Assembly: GCA_043823825.1 (NCBI GenBank)
Contig: JBDRTU010000048.1
Location: 1-56,213, forward strand
DNA length: 56,213 nucleotides
Source of the DNA: Patescibacteria group bacterium
Lineage (GTDB): Bacteria > Patescibacteriota > Patescibacteriia > Veblenbacterales > UBA10138
Reading direction: 5' to 3'
Below the pieces are notes generated by a model that worked only from the letters and a program-made list of their open reading frames with translations, was not told the DNA's origin and made no database searches. Numbering within the stretch: position 1 is the first letter of the stretch; each line of letters begins with the position of its first letter. Made by a program: the position numbers and the translations under genes. This document shows positions 1-8,705 of the stretch, one piece after another.

Positions 1-481
1 CGTAGTACGTTGCTATATCAAATTCAATACGCCAAGTAAATTTTTTATTGAATACTTCTATCTGTTTATCACAAAAATTAGTCCATTGATTTTGATATGG
101 TTTAAGGTATCTATCTTCACCAAGTATTCTATTTCCAATACAGAAATTATAGAGTTTTTTGTCTACAACATTTCCTAAAACTGATGGATTAAGCAGGGCC
201 TGAAAAACTATTCTATCAACAACAGAGAAAATGCAGATTGGGCGGCCGCCTAAATGGTCTTTTTGAGCCAAAATATAATCAGCCTTATCTGGCTGATATT
301 TTTCTTGCCTTAAATAATTTTGAAGTGTTTCAAAAAATTCATTGCCAAGTTGAGTAATGGCACTTATTGAAGGTCTCCAAATAGGGTCTAGGGGGATAGA
401 ACTTTCATCCACCTCATCCTTAAGGTATTCAAATGCCTGTTTAAGGTTTTCTTTTGAGGAAAATTGAGTGAATAAATCCAT
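1..481 (-). CDS. reverse transcriptase, N-terminal 160 aa only (gene runs off the left edge)
   Basis: Absent from the ORF track because it is truncated. My reverse-complement translation from the ATG at 481-479 gives MDLFTQFSSKENLKQAFEYLKDE...YQPDKADYILAQKDHLGGRPICIFSVVDRIVFQALLNP...NFCIGNR...WRIEFDIATYY. These are RT finger motifs 1-2 (K-x-GG-R-P-I and DRIVxQAL) and the start of motif 3 (hDIxxYY). The frame stays open to position 1. Confidence 0.7.
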   Translation of the reverse strand, partial: MDLFTQFSSKENLKQAFEYLKDEVDESSIPLDPIWRPSISAITQLGNEFFETLQNYLRQEKYQPDKADYILAQKDHLGGRPICIFSVVDRIVFQALLNPSVLGNVVDKKLYNFCIGNRILGEDRYLKPYQNQWTNFCDKQIEVFNKKFTWRIEFDIATYY

Positions 482-567
482 TCTAATTTATGGTAATTGT
501 CATTTAATATACTTGTAATTTACCTTATTTTCTGTTAAAAATAAAGCACAACTTAATGTGGCCTAAA

Positions 568-728
568 CCCGGCTTTCGCTGGGCATGGCTCAAAAACCTG
601 CTACAGGATAAGGAGCTCGTCGTCAGAGCACCTGTAGCGGGTCATATCGGGAAACCGGTATGGGTGGCGAAAGCCATCACTGGCGGCGAGTATTTGTTTT
701 TCGCCAGCAAGAAAGGCCCGCTACAGGC
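568..728 (+). ncRNA. unclassified structured RNA (four-way junction, two GAAA tetraloop hairpins, alternative helix)
   Basis: About 58% G+C by my count, within AT-rich flanks. An 11-bp perfect closing helix (631-641/717-727) encloses hairpins 643-662 (GAAA loop), 663-678 (GAAA loop) and 680-707, plus hairpin 568-583. Three G-U pairs (571-580, 647-658, 664-677) exist only on the + strand. No known Rfam core recognised. Confidence 0.5.
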
Positions 729-894
729 ATGTGCAACAAAATCAGAAAATTTAGAATTGTTTTTTGTAACTTGACAGTTACCTGATTTAGGTATATGCCA
801 AAGGCAGAAAACGGGATACGAAACATTGACAAAATCAAGATTTAACTATACACTAAACGGTTAAAATTTAATCAGTCATTAATATTACAATTAT

Positions 895-3800
895 ATGAAT
901 ATGTTGAGAAAATCACTTATTACCATCGCTGGCGCTGTTTTAGTACTTAATACCACTTATACTCCACTCTCTGCTCTAGCATTATCTGATGAGCCTAAAG
1001 TTAATCTTCAGATGGAACAGTACAATAAGGAGCACACGGTAAATTATCCGACACTTTCTGAAAATAATTTTAATAAAGACGGATTATCTACTCCAAAAAA
1101 GAAACTAGCTACAGACCTACTAAGATTAATTGATAGTAGTTTTTTGTTGCCAACCCAGAGTCGGGCACAGATAATATCAGACATGAAAGTGCAGAAACAG
1201 TTTATTGCGAGTAATGATTCTGTTACAGGTATTGATAAAAGAGTTATAAATAAAACTCATAATGATTTGGTGTATGTTTATGTGAACCTTAAATCAAACA
1301 CATTAACATCAACCATTGATTCATTAGCTTGGAAGGTTTTAGATAGGGATGAGGACAATAATTTAGTAGCAGCTTTGGTTGAGGTTAATAAATTGGAAGC
1401 CCTTGCATCGTTAAGTGGAGTACAGTCGGTAAGTTCTGTCTTAGCGCCGATCACTAATACTGGTTCAGCTATTACCGAGGGAGACATTATTCACCAAACC
1501 GATGATGTTCGCTCTACTTATTCCCAAAGCGGGGCTGGAATAAAAATAGGAGTAATTTCTGATGGTGTTGATAATATAGCGTCATCTAAAAGTTCGGGTG
1601 ATTTACCAGCAGGCGTTACGGTATTAAGTAATTCTTTGGGTGGCGACGAAGGGACAGCAATGCTGGAAATCATTTACGATATGGTTCCAAGTGCAAGTCT
1701 TTATTTTCATGATGCTGGAAGTAATATAATAGCCTTTAATTCAGCGATTGATGACTTGGTAGCCGCTGGGGCTAATGTGATTGTCGATGATGTATTCTGG
1801 ATAGGTGAACCATTTTTTGAAGACGGGACAATCGCATCGCATGTCGCGGCTGTTTTAGCGGCGAATAATATAGTTTATGTCTCGGTTGCTGGTAATAATG
1901 CTTTAAAACATTATCAAGGAGATTATTATAATGATGGAAATGATTATCATGATTTTAGTAGAGGGGCTGCACCTACCTTTAAATATCTTTATGTAAACAT
2001 TCCTAACAATGGAACGGTAACATCCATTTTACAATGGAATGATAGTTTTGGATTATCAGGTAATGACTATGATTTGCTAATGTATAATTTTAGTAGCGGC
2101 AGTTTGATTACTGGTAGTGCTGCAATACAAGACGGGGACGATGATCCAATCGAAGGATTTTCCTACACGAACACGAGTGGGGGTACTATTACCGCCATGA
2201 TTATGGCTTCAAATTACCTGGGAGCTGCAGCCACAAGAACATTAGAATTGTTTATTTATTCCGGTAACGGTGCATCGAATTATTTGGATAACATTACGCC
2301 AAATGATTCAATTTTTGGTCATTCTGCGGTGCCCGGTGTAATTGCTGCGGGTGCAATTGCTGCTAGTGATCCTGGAAATGACAATATAGAGCCATTTTCT
2401 TCTCAAGGCCCTGTAACAATAATTGGGCAAGGACAAAGAGCTAAACCTGATATAGCCGGTATTGATTGCGTGTCGGTTACTGGGGTTGGTGGATTTACTA
2501 CGCCATTTTGTGGTACTAGTGCCGCAGCGCCGCATATAGCAGCCATCGTAGCCCAATTATGGGCGCAGTATCCTTCGGCAACGAGTAATCAAGTTAGAAA
2601 TCACGTATTAAATACGGCAGTAGATTTAGGTACCACGGGAACTGATAATATTTTTGGCCATGGCCGGGCTGACTCATTACTTTCTTTTCAATCTAGTCCA
2701 GCCATTACTGCATTCAGTTTTACCTCACCAGCGGCTATAGGTATTATAAATGAAGCTGAGCACACAATCACGGCCACTGTACCCAATGGTACTGTTGTTA
2801 CTGCCCTTGTACCAACAATTGTAATTACTGGCGCATCGGTCAATCCGCTAAGTGGCACAGCTCAAGATTTTACTAATCCAGTAACGTACACGGCCACTAC
2901 TACAAGCGGGTTAGCCCAAGATTATGTGGTTACAGTAACAGTAAACACCGATCCTGACATCGTAGCTGTCGCTGCAGACAAAACTGCTTTAGTAGACGAT
3001 TCAATAAAAGGTAGTAACCCTGATTTATTAAATATTACAGTAGCCCTTACAAACCCTCTACCATCACTAGGTGATAATGGGTCGGTCATTGCTTGGGAAT
3101 CAGATACTCCAAGTGTGGTCTCAAACGATGGGCAAACAATAAATAGACCAGCTTTTGAAAATGGAGATGCAACTGTTACACTTACCGCAACTTTGACGAA
3201 AGGTGTTGTAACTGATACAAAAATATTCAACCTTACTGTGTTAAAATTACCACTACCAGATCTTACCGCTCCAATACTTGCCGAGATTATTCCTGTGGCT
3301 ACGCCAACTAATGATACTACTCCTGATTACACATTCAGTTCTGATGAAGAGGGGTCTATTCAATATATAGGTAGCTGTTCCGGCGGTACAACTAGCGCAG
3401 TAGTTGGTAATAATGACATTGTCTTTAATGAGTTGACCCAAGGTACTTATGCAGATTGTGCCATCACTGTGACGGATGTCAGCACTAATGTTAGTGACCC
3501 ATTAGTAGTCAGTTCGTTTATCATTGATACAGCGGCGCCCGTAATAACATTAGTTGGTGATGTGGTCATCGAAGTAGTTGTTAACACTGGTTATGTGGAC
3601 GCTGGAGCTACCGCCATTGATAATGTTGATTCCACCGTCGCAGTTATAACGGATAATCCAGTAGCTGATTCTACTATTGGAAGCTATGTTGTTACTTACA
3701 CCGCAACCGATATTGCTGGAAACCCGGCAACACCTGTTACTAGGACAGTAAATGTAGTCGATAATATAGCGCCGGTTATTACTCTACTAGGAAACGCTGA

Positions 3801-6348
3801 AGTAACAGTTAGTGTTGGTTCTACTTACAATGATGCTGGTGCCACCGCTTTAGATAACTATGACGGCGATATAACTAGTGACATTATTGTAGTTAATCCT
3901 GTTAATGAGGCTGTACGTGGTACATACATAGTGACATACAACGTTACTGATTCATCTGGTAATAATGCTGATCAGGTTACCAGAACAGTGAATGTGGTTG
4001 ATGACATTGCGCCAGTGATTACAATTGTTGGTTTTAATCCTGTTTCGCAACTTGCTGGCCAAGATTATATAGATGCCGGCGCCGTGGCCTCGGATAACTA
4101 CGATGGCGATTTAACCACAAACATAATTACGGTAAATACCGTTGATGCCAATACCGTTGGTACTTATTCGGTAACTTATAATGTTACTGACTCATCTGGT
4201 AACGCGGCCATAGAAGCGGTTAGAACAGTGAATATTACGGACGCCACAACACCAATAATTACATTATTAGGCGATAATCCAGCCACAGTTGAAGTTGATA
4301 CTGTATATACTGATGCGGGAGCCACCGCCCTAGATGATATTGATGGCGATATAACAGGCAGCATTGTGGTAGTAAGTAATGTAGACACTAGTATCTTAGG
4401 TTCATATACTGTGACCTACAATGTTTCTGATGCCGCTGGAAATCCAGCCCCAGAGGTTGTTCGAACAGTGAATGTTATTGATACCACACAACCGGTTATT
4501 AGTTTGTTAGGTAATAATCCAGAGAATACGGAAATTGGTTATGTGTATGTAGATGCCGGAGCCACTGCGACTGATAATTACGATGGGGATATAACTGGTA
4601 GTGTTGTGGTAGTGAACAATGTTAATACCAGTATTGCTGGGGCGTATACAGTAACATATAATGTAACCGATTCTTCAAATAACTCTGCCACAGAAGTCAC
4701 GAGAACTGTTAATGTTTCACCAGATGAAACGGCCCCTGTAATTACTATGAATGGTGGCGATATGAATATTTATAAAGGTACTGTTTATGACGACCCAGGC
4801 GCCACTGCTGTAGATAATATTGATGGGGATATTACGGGTAGTATAGTAATCGTTGGTGTGGCGGCTGTTGATACAAATACCCCCGGAGTGTATATAGTCA
4901 CATATAATGTACCTGATGCAGCTGGAAATAGTGCCACAGAAGCGACAAGAACAGTTACTGTTTTAGAAGTCCTGGATGGTCAGGTCGTACTAGGCCCTAG
5001 CATAATTGTAGATACTGATAACCAAGAGATTTTAGTCGGCCATAATATGCCCGATAATTCTAATATCAATATTCCATTAACCGAGACTGGTTCAAAATTA
5101 GATGTGTCGGCACTACTAGTAGGTTCTAACCCAAAGACAGCATCTATATCTGGAGCAATAAACGTCAGCGCACAAACAAATGTTGGTGCAGTATTCATTC
5201 AAATACCACAGAATACTCAAATTAGTGCTGGGGCAGCTTGGAATGGATTAATCAATTTACCTCAGATTCAAGAAAATTCTTCCGTTACAGTCGTGCCGGA
5301 GGCTAATAATACTGCTAGCGTTTCGTCGGTAATTGAAATAGGATTTAGTGATGTAATGTTGAGTTTTGACAAAGCTGTTCGCATTACATTAGCTGGACAA
5401 GCTGGTAGATATGTTGGTTATTCACAGGGAGGGGTATTTACTCAAATAACAGATGTTTGTTCAGCCGACACACAGCAGGTGGGGAATAGTCTAGCGACTA
5501 ATGGTAATTGTAAAATCACTGATGGTTCAGACTTAATTATATGGACCAAGCATTTCACTAAATTCGTAACATATACCCAAACCGCCATTTCGTCCGGCGG
5601 GGGAGGCGGAGGCGGTGGTGGAGGTGGAGGGGGCGGTGGTTCGTACGTACCACCTACACAAGCGGTAAACCAACCAGTAGTTAATGACCCATTAACCCAA
5701 AGGGCGCCACAGGTATTGGGTGTGCAGCAAGAAAATTTAACTGCTATTGTAACCACTGAGGAAAAGGAATTACTTGGTAAAATTGATGTAAATCTAGTTA
5801 AACGCCTAGCTGGTCGTGTTCTGTTGCAGGTAGAAAGGCTTGGTCAGGCCTGGTATCTTGATCCGTTATCACTCAAGAAATATTATTTAGCAGACGGCCT
5901 AAATGCCTTCACAGCTCTTCGTAAGTTTGGCTTAGGTATTACTAACGCTGACCTTGCAAAAATACCTGTTGGCCACGAATCACGCTTCCAAATGGTTGAC
6001 ACCGACAAAGATGGCCTGCCTGACAAACTAGAGGAAGCGCTGGGTACTGATGTAGATAATGTGGATACTGATAGTGACGGCGTAAATGATGGGGTAGAAG
6101 TTCTTACTAACAACACCAATCCATTAGGCGTAGGTAAATTGGCTTACTCTTCTTCGCTAGCTAACCGTCTCAAGGGTCGCATCCTTTTGCAAGTAGAATC
6201 ACGTGGTGAAGCCTGGTATGTGAGTCCAGTAGATGGTAAACGTTATTACATGAATACCGGCGAAGCTGCGTACCAGATTATGCGTTATCTATCCCTTGGT
6301 ATTACAAATACTGACATCCGTAAGGTCCCTGTGGGAGATTTGGAGTAA
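895..6348 (+). CDS. giant secreted S8 (subtilisin-like) serine protease with Ig-like repeats and Ca-binding C-terminus
   Basis: ORF track, 1817 aa. Signal peptide (MNMLRKSLITIAGAVLVLN...ALA). Subtilase triad motifs GVISDGVD (Asp), SHVAAV (His) and GTSAAAPHIAAIVA (Ser). Six Ig-like repeats of about 80 aa. 15-Gly linker (5596-5640). The C-terminus has two LLQVExxGxAWY modules flanking DxDxDG thrombospondin-type-3 repeats. Confidence 0.9.
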   Translation: MNMLRKSLITIAGAVLVLNTTYTPLSALALSDEPKVNLQMEQYNKEHTVNYPTLSENNFNKDGLSTPKKKLATDLLRLIDSSFLLPTQSRAQIISDMKVQKQFIASNDSVTGIDKRVINKTHNDLVYVYVNLKSNTLTSTIDSLAWKVLDRDEDNNLVAALVEVNKLEALASLSGVQSVSSVLAPITNTGSAITEGDIIHQTDDVRSTYSQSGAGIKIGVISDGVDNIASSKSSGDLPAGVTVLSNSLGGDEGTAMLEIIYDMVPSASLYFHDAGSNIIAFNSAIDDLVAAGANVIVDDVFWIGEPFFEDGTIASHVAAVLAANNIVYVSVAGNNALKHYQGDYYNDGNDYHDFSRGAAPTFKYLYVNIPNNGTVTSILQWNDSFGLSGNDYDLLMYNFSSGSLITGSAAIQDGDDDPIEGFSYTNTSGGTITAMIMASNYLGAAATRTLELFIYSGNGASNYLDNITPNDSIFGHSAVPGVIAAGAIAASDPGNDNIEPFSSQGPVTIIGQGQRAKPDIAGIDCVSVTGVGGFTTPFCGTSAAAPHIAAIVAQLWAQYPSATSNQVRNHVLNTAVDLGTTGTDNIFGHGRADSLLSFQSSPAITAFSFTSPAAIGIINEAEHTITATVPNGTVVTALVPTIVITGASVNPLSGTAQDFTNPVTYTATTTSGLAQDYVVTVTVNTDPDIVAVAADKTALVDDSIKGSNPDLLNITVALTNPLPSLGDNGSVIAWESDTPSVVSNDGQTINRPAFENGDATVTLTATLTKGVVTDTKIFNLTVLKLPLPDLTAPILAEIIPVATPTNDTTPDYTFSSDEEGSIQYIGSCSGGTTSAVVGNNDIVFNELTQGTYADCAITVTDVSTNVSDPLVVSSFIIDTAAPVITLVGDVVIEVVVNTGYVDAGATAIDNVDSTVAVITDNPVADSTIGSYVVTYTATDIAGNPATPVTRTVNVVDNIAPVITLLGNAEVTVSVGSTYNDAGATALDNYDGDITSDIIVVNPVNEAVRGTYIVTYNVTDSSGNNADQVTRTVNVVDDIAPVITIVGFNPVSQLAGQDYIDAGAVASDNYDGDLTTNIITVNTVDANTVGTYSVTYNVTDSSGNAAIEAVRTVNITDATTPIITLLGDNPATVEVDTVYTDAGATALDDIDGDITGSIVVVSNVDTSILGSYTVTYNVSDAAGNPAPEVVRTVNVIDTTQPVISLLGNNPENTEIGYVYVDAGATATDNYDGDITGSVVVVNNVNTSIAGAYTVTYNVTDSSNNSATEVTRTVNVSPDETAPVITMNGGDMNIYKGTVYDDPGATAVDNIDGDITGSIVIVGVAAVDTNTPGVYIVTYNVPDAAGNSATEATRTVTVLEVLDGQVVLGPSIIVDTDNQEILVGHNMPDNSNINIPLTETGSKLDVSALLVGSNPKTASISGAINVSAQTNVGAVFIQIPQNTQISAGAAWNGLINLPQIQENSSVTVVPEANNTASVSSVIEIGFSDVMLSFDKAVRITLAGQAGRYVGYSQGGVFTQITDVCSADTQQVGNSLATNGNCKITDGSDLIIWTKHFTKFVTYTQTAISSGGGGGGGGGGGGGGGSYVPPTQAVNQPVVNDPLTQRAPQVLGVQQENLTAIVTTEEKELLGKIDVNLVKRLAGRVLLQVERLGQAWYLDPLSLKKYYLADGLNAFTALRKFGLGITNADLAKIPVGHESRFQMVDTDKDGLPDKLEEALGTDVDNVDTDSDGVNDGVEVLTNNTNPLGVGKLAYSSSLANRLKGRILLQVESRGEAWYVSPVDGKRYYMNTGEAAYQIMRYLSLGITNTDIRKVPVGDLE
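3532..4968 (+). repeat. six tandem ~240-nt coding repeats (bacterial Ig-like, DUF5011/HYR-like) inside the protease gene
   Basis: The protein unit APVITLLG..(Y)xDAGATAxDNxDGDIT..V..V....GTYxVTYNVTDSSGN.....RTVNV recurs six times back to back. Confidence 0.8.
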
Positions 6349-6374
6349 GTATTGACCTTAAAGTTTTTAAAACT

Positions 6375-7232
6375 ATGCAGGGGCGTTTATTGATAATAGC
6401 AAGCATTGCGGTAATACTACTTATTGGTGCTTCATGCGAAGCACCACCCCGAGTCACGTCGGTAAACTCTAGTAATACGCCTGTTGATAATGTGCAGCGA
6501 GCTGTAGAGTCGCCAATAGAAAACCAAGGCGAAGCCGCGGCCGATTCGGCCAGCAATACTCAGGCGCCACTACCATCAGTTGATCTGTACGCAGTAACAC
6601 AAGTGGTTGATGGTGATACATTCAAGGTGGTCATCGGTGATAAAACAGAAACACTTCGCATGATTGGGATAGATACCCCCGAGACTGTTGATCCGCGTAA
6701 ACCAGTCCAATGTTTTGGTGTTGAGGCTTCAAATAAGGCTAAGACGCTTTTAACAGGTAAGAAGGTGAGACTGGAGGCTGATCCGACCCAGGGCGAGCGT
6801 GATAAGTATAGCCGCCTTTTGCGTTATGCGTATCTGGAGGATGGTACATTTTTTAATAAAATTATGATTAGTGATGGTTATGCTCATGAGTATACGTACG
6901 ATGTGCCATATAAGTACCAAGCTGAATTTAACCAAGCTGAGGCAGATGCTCGCAGTAATAAACGTGGCTTGTGGGCTGATGATGCTTGTGTAGAGCCAGT
7001 CGTTACGCCAACACCTACTACACCTACACCATCGCCTGTACCTGTAGTACCACCAGCACCAGCTGCTTCTAATTGCGACCCAAACTACTCAGGGTGTGTG
7101 CCAATTGCTAGCGATGTTGATTGTGCTGGAGGTAGCGGTAATGGTCCAGCATACGTTCGAGGCCCCGTTACTGTCATAGGCATTGATATTTACGGCCTTG
7201 ATAGAGATGGCGACGGTACAGCGTGTGACTAA
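6375..7232 (+). CDS. secreted thermonuclease (SNase family) with C-terminal Excalibur Ca-binding domain
   Basis: 285 aa. Hydrophobic N-terminus. SNase motifs VVDGDTF, GIDTPE, RLLRYAY and RGLW. Pro/Thr linker. C-terminal DRDGDGTACD. Confidence 0.85.
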   Translation: MQGRLLIIASIAVILLIGASCEAPPRVTSVNSSNTPVDNVQRAVESPIENQGEAAADSASNTQAPLPSVDLYAVTQVVDGDTFKVVIGDKTETLRMIGIDTPETVDPRKPVQCFGVEASNKAKTLLTGKKVRLEADPTQGERDKYSRLLRYAYLEDGTFFNKIMISDGYAHEYTYDVPYKYQAEFNQAEADARSNKRGLWADDACVEPVVTPTPTTPTPSPVPVVPPAPAASNCDPNYSGCVPIASDVDCAGGSGNGPAYVRGPVTVIGIDIYGLDRDGDGTACD

Positions 7233-7325
7233 TATTTCAAACCGCCCACAAAACTCCGGCTCGGTATCCCATAGGGCCTAGTCGCAAAAGATGATCGTTT
7301 TCATTTTTGACCTACCTACACGTCC

Positions 7326-7444
7326 TAATTGGCAATTTGTTCTAGGTTCCTTCCAAAATCTCTCCAAGCCTGAAGTTCTACTAATAACTGATTCCAACTT
7401 GCCCTAACAAGGGCTAGGTGATGATAACCAATATTTATAAATTA
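7326..7444 (-). pseudogene. start-less ~38-codon gene-end remnant (..HLALVRASWNQLLVELQAWRDFGRNLEQIAN*)
   Basis: The minus-strand frame is open only between a TAA and a TAG and has no ATG. At protein level it is paralogous to the remnant at 10407-10510 (LVRxSWNQLxxELQxW). Confidence 0.35.
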
Positions 7445-7451
7445 TAAATTT

Positions 7452-8675
7452 ATGTTTTGTCATAATTGCGGTTCAAAAATAAAAGATACTGCTAAATTTT
7501 GTCATAATTGCGGTACGACCAATATTCAAGAAGGTCATCCTACAATATTACAACCAATCCGCCCAGAGACTAAATCAAGCATTAAAATGATTAAGGGGGG
7601 AATATATCGTTGTGGTAATTGTAATTATGAGGGCCCTTCACTAAAAAAAACTTTGGACCCTTGGAGATGGTGGTATTACATAGCCATTTTTTTATTTTTT
7701 CCGATCCTTGCCATTTGGATATTCCTTGATACCGGGTTAAAAAATGTATGCCCGTCATGTAACCAGCGTAGGAAACTAAAACGGCTTCGATATGAGTTGA
7801 TGCCAGAACAAAAACCAACAGATCCGGACACAATGCGAAACAGGTTTCATCGCAATTTTGCAGCAGGCATACTTATTTTATTGATTATCTTTGGTGTAAT
7901 CGGTAGCTTGATTGATGAGGAGACGGATACAACTACAATCTCTAACACCGCCCAGACATCCAATAAAATTGCGAATAACAGTAATGATACTTACAATCAA
8001 AGTGATGTCATTGCATCGATAGTGAATATCTATTGCCCGAGTACTGTGCCCGGAGAAGAGATGTCTGGTGGCTCCGGTACAATTATTACCGACGATGGGA
8101 TGATTTTGACTAACGCACATATCGTGCCACAGGATGAGACATTTATTCACGTGGATGAAACGGGTTGTATGGTAATACTACCAGACGTGATCACAGGTCA
8201 GCCGAATGAGATCTATTTAGCGCATCCAATTGTATTGCCTGATTTAAGTGATCGATATGATTTAGCGTTTATGGAAATTTATGCTGCGTACTATGATGAA
8301 GAAAAAAGCGAATACGCTGGTGCTTATCCCAGAAAATTTCCTAATTTTGATGACGGCGGTCGATGCCAAAACGAAAATGTAAAGCTGGGCGAGACTGTGC
8401 GTATATTTGGTTACCCTGCCATTGGTGGTGGATATTCGCTTACTATTACAGATGGAATTGTGAGTAGTTTTCCGGGTGATGATTTAATAATAACCTCGGC
8501 AAAAATCAGCTACGGAAATTCAGGTGGCCTTGCAGTTGATAAAAATGGATGCATGATCGGCGTGCCTTCTATGGTGAATTCCGATGAACTTGAAAGTCTG
8601 GGGGTTATTATTTCAACAAATTTATTAAATAGCTTTACTGACGAGGTTGAAACTTATATAGCTTCGTTGGAATAA
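7452..8675 (+). CDS. zinc-ribbon / transmembrane / trypsin-like serine protease fusion protein
   Basis: 407 aa. CxxC pairs at the N-terminus (FCHNCG x2, CGNCN..CPSCN), TM helices, then chymotrypsin-fold motifs TNAHIV (His), DLAFMEI (Asp) and GNSGG (Ser). Confidence 0.8.
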   Translation: MFCHNCGSKIKDTAKFCHNCGTTNIQEGHPTILQPIRPETKSSIKMIKGGIYRCGNCNYEGPSLKKTLDPWRWWYYIAIFLFFPILAIWIFLDTGLKNVCPSCNQRRKLKRLRYELMPEQKPTDPDTMRNRFHRNFAAGILILLIIFGVIGSLIDEETDTTTISNTAQTSNKIANNSNDTYNQSDVIASIVNIYCPSTVPGEEMSGGSGTIITDDGMILTNAHIVPQDETFIHVDETGCMVILPDVITGQPNEIYLAHPIVLPDLSDRYDLAFMEIYAAYYDEEKSEYAGAYPRKFPNFDDGGRCQNENVKLGETVRIFGYPAIGGGYSLTITDGIVSSFPGDDLIITSAKISYGNSGGLAVDKNGCMIGVPSMVNSDELESLGVIISTNLLNSFTDEVETYIASLE

Positions 8676-8705
8676 AACACGCTAAATATTTTAAATAATT
8701 ACTTT

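Noticed and set aside
556-774. Track ORF of 72 aa (MWPKPGFRWAWLKN...) as a conventional protein-coding gene
   Set aside because: It coincides exactly with the GC-rich structured RNA. It has no Shine-Dalgarno sequence and an odd Trp/Gly/Pro-rich composition, and its openness is explained by GC richness. It is kept only as the stop-free frame discussed in the 120-nt repeat hypothesis.
5596-5640. G-rich tract (GGN x15) as a regulatory or G-quadruplex or phase-variation element; likewise the CCN run at about 38404-38430
   Set aside because: Both are in frame inside long ORFs and simply encode a Gly15 and a Pro9 linker. The codons are mixed (GGC/GGG/GGA/GGT), so they are not slippage-prone homopolymers.
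1-6348. Diversity-generating retroelement (RT plus template repeat plus variable repeat in the adjacent giant protein)
   Set aside because: By eye I found no second copy of the 568-728 sequence or any A-rich template-like repeat. I found no C-type-lectin-like VR at the 3' end of neighbouring genes, and no Avd-like small ORF. It cannot be excluded for genes lying left of the window.
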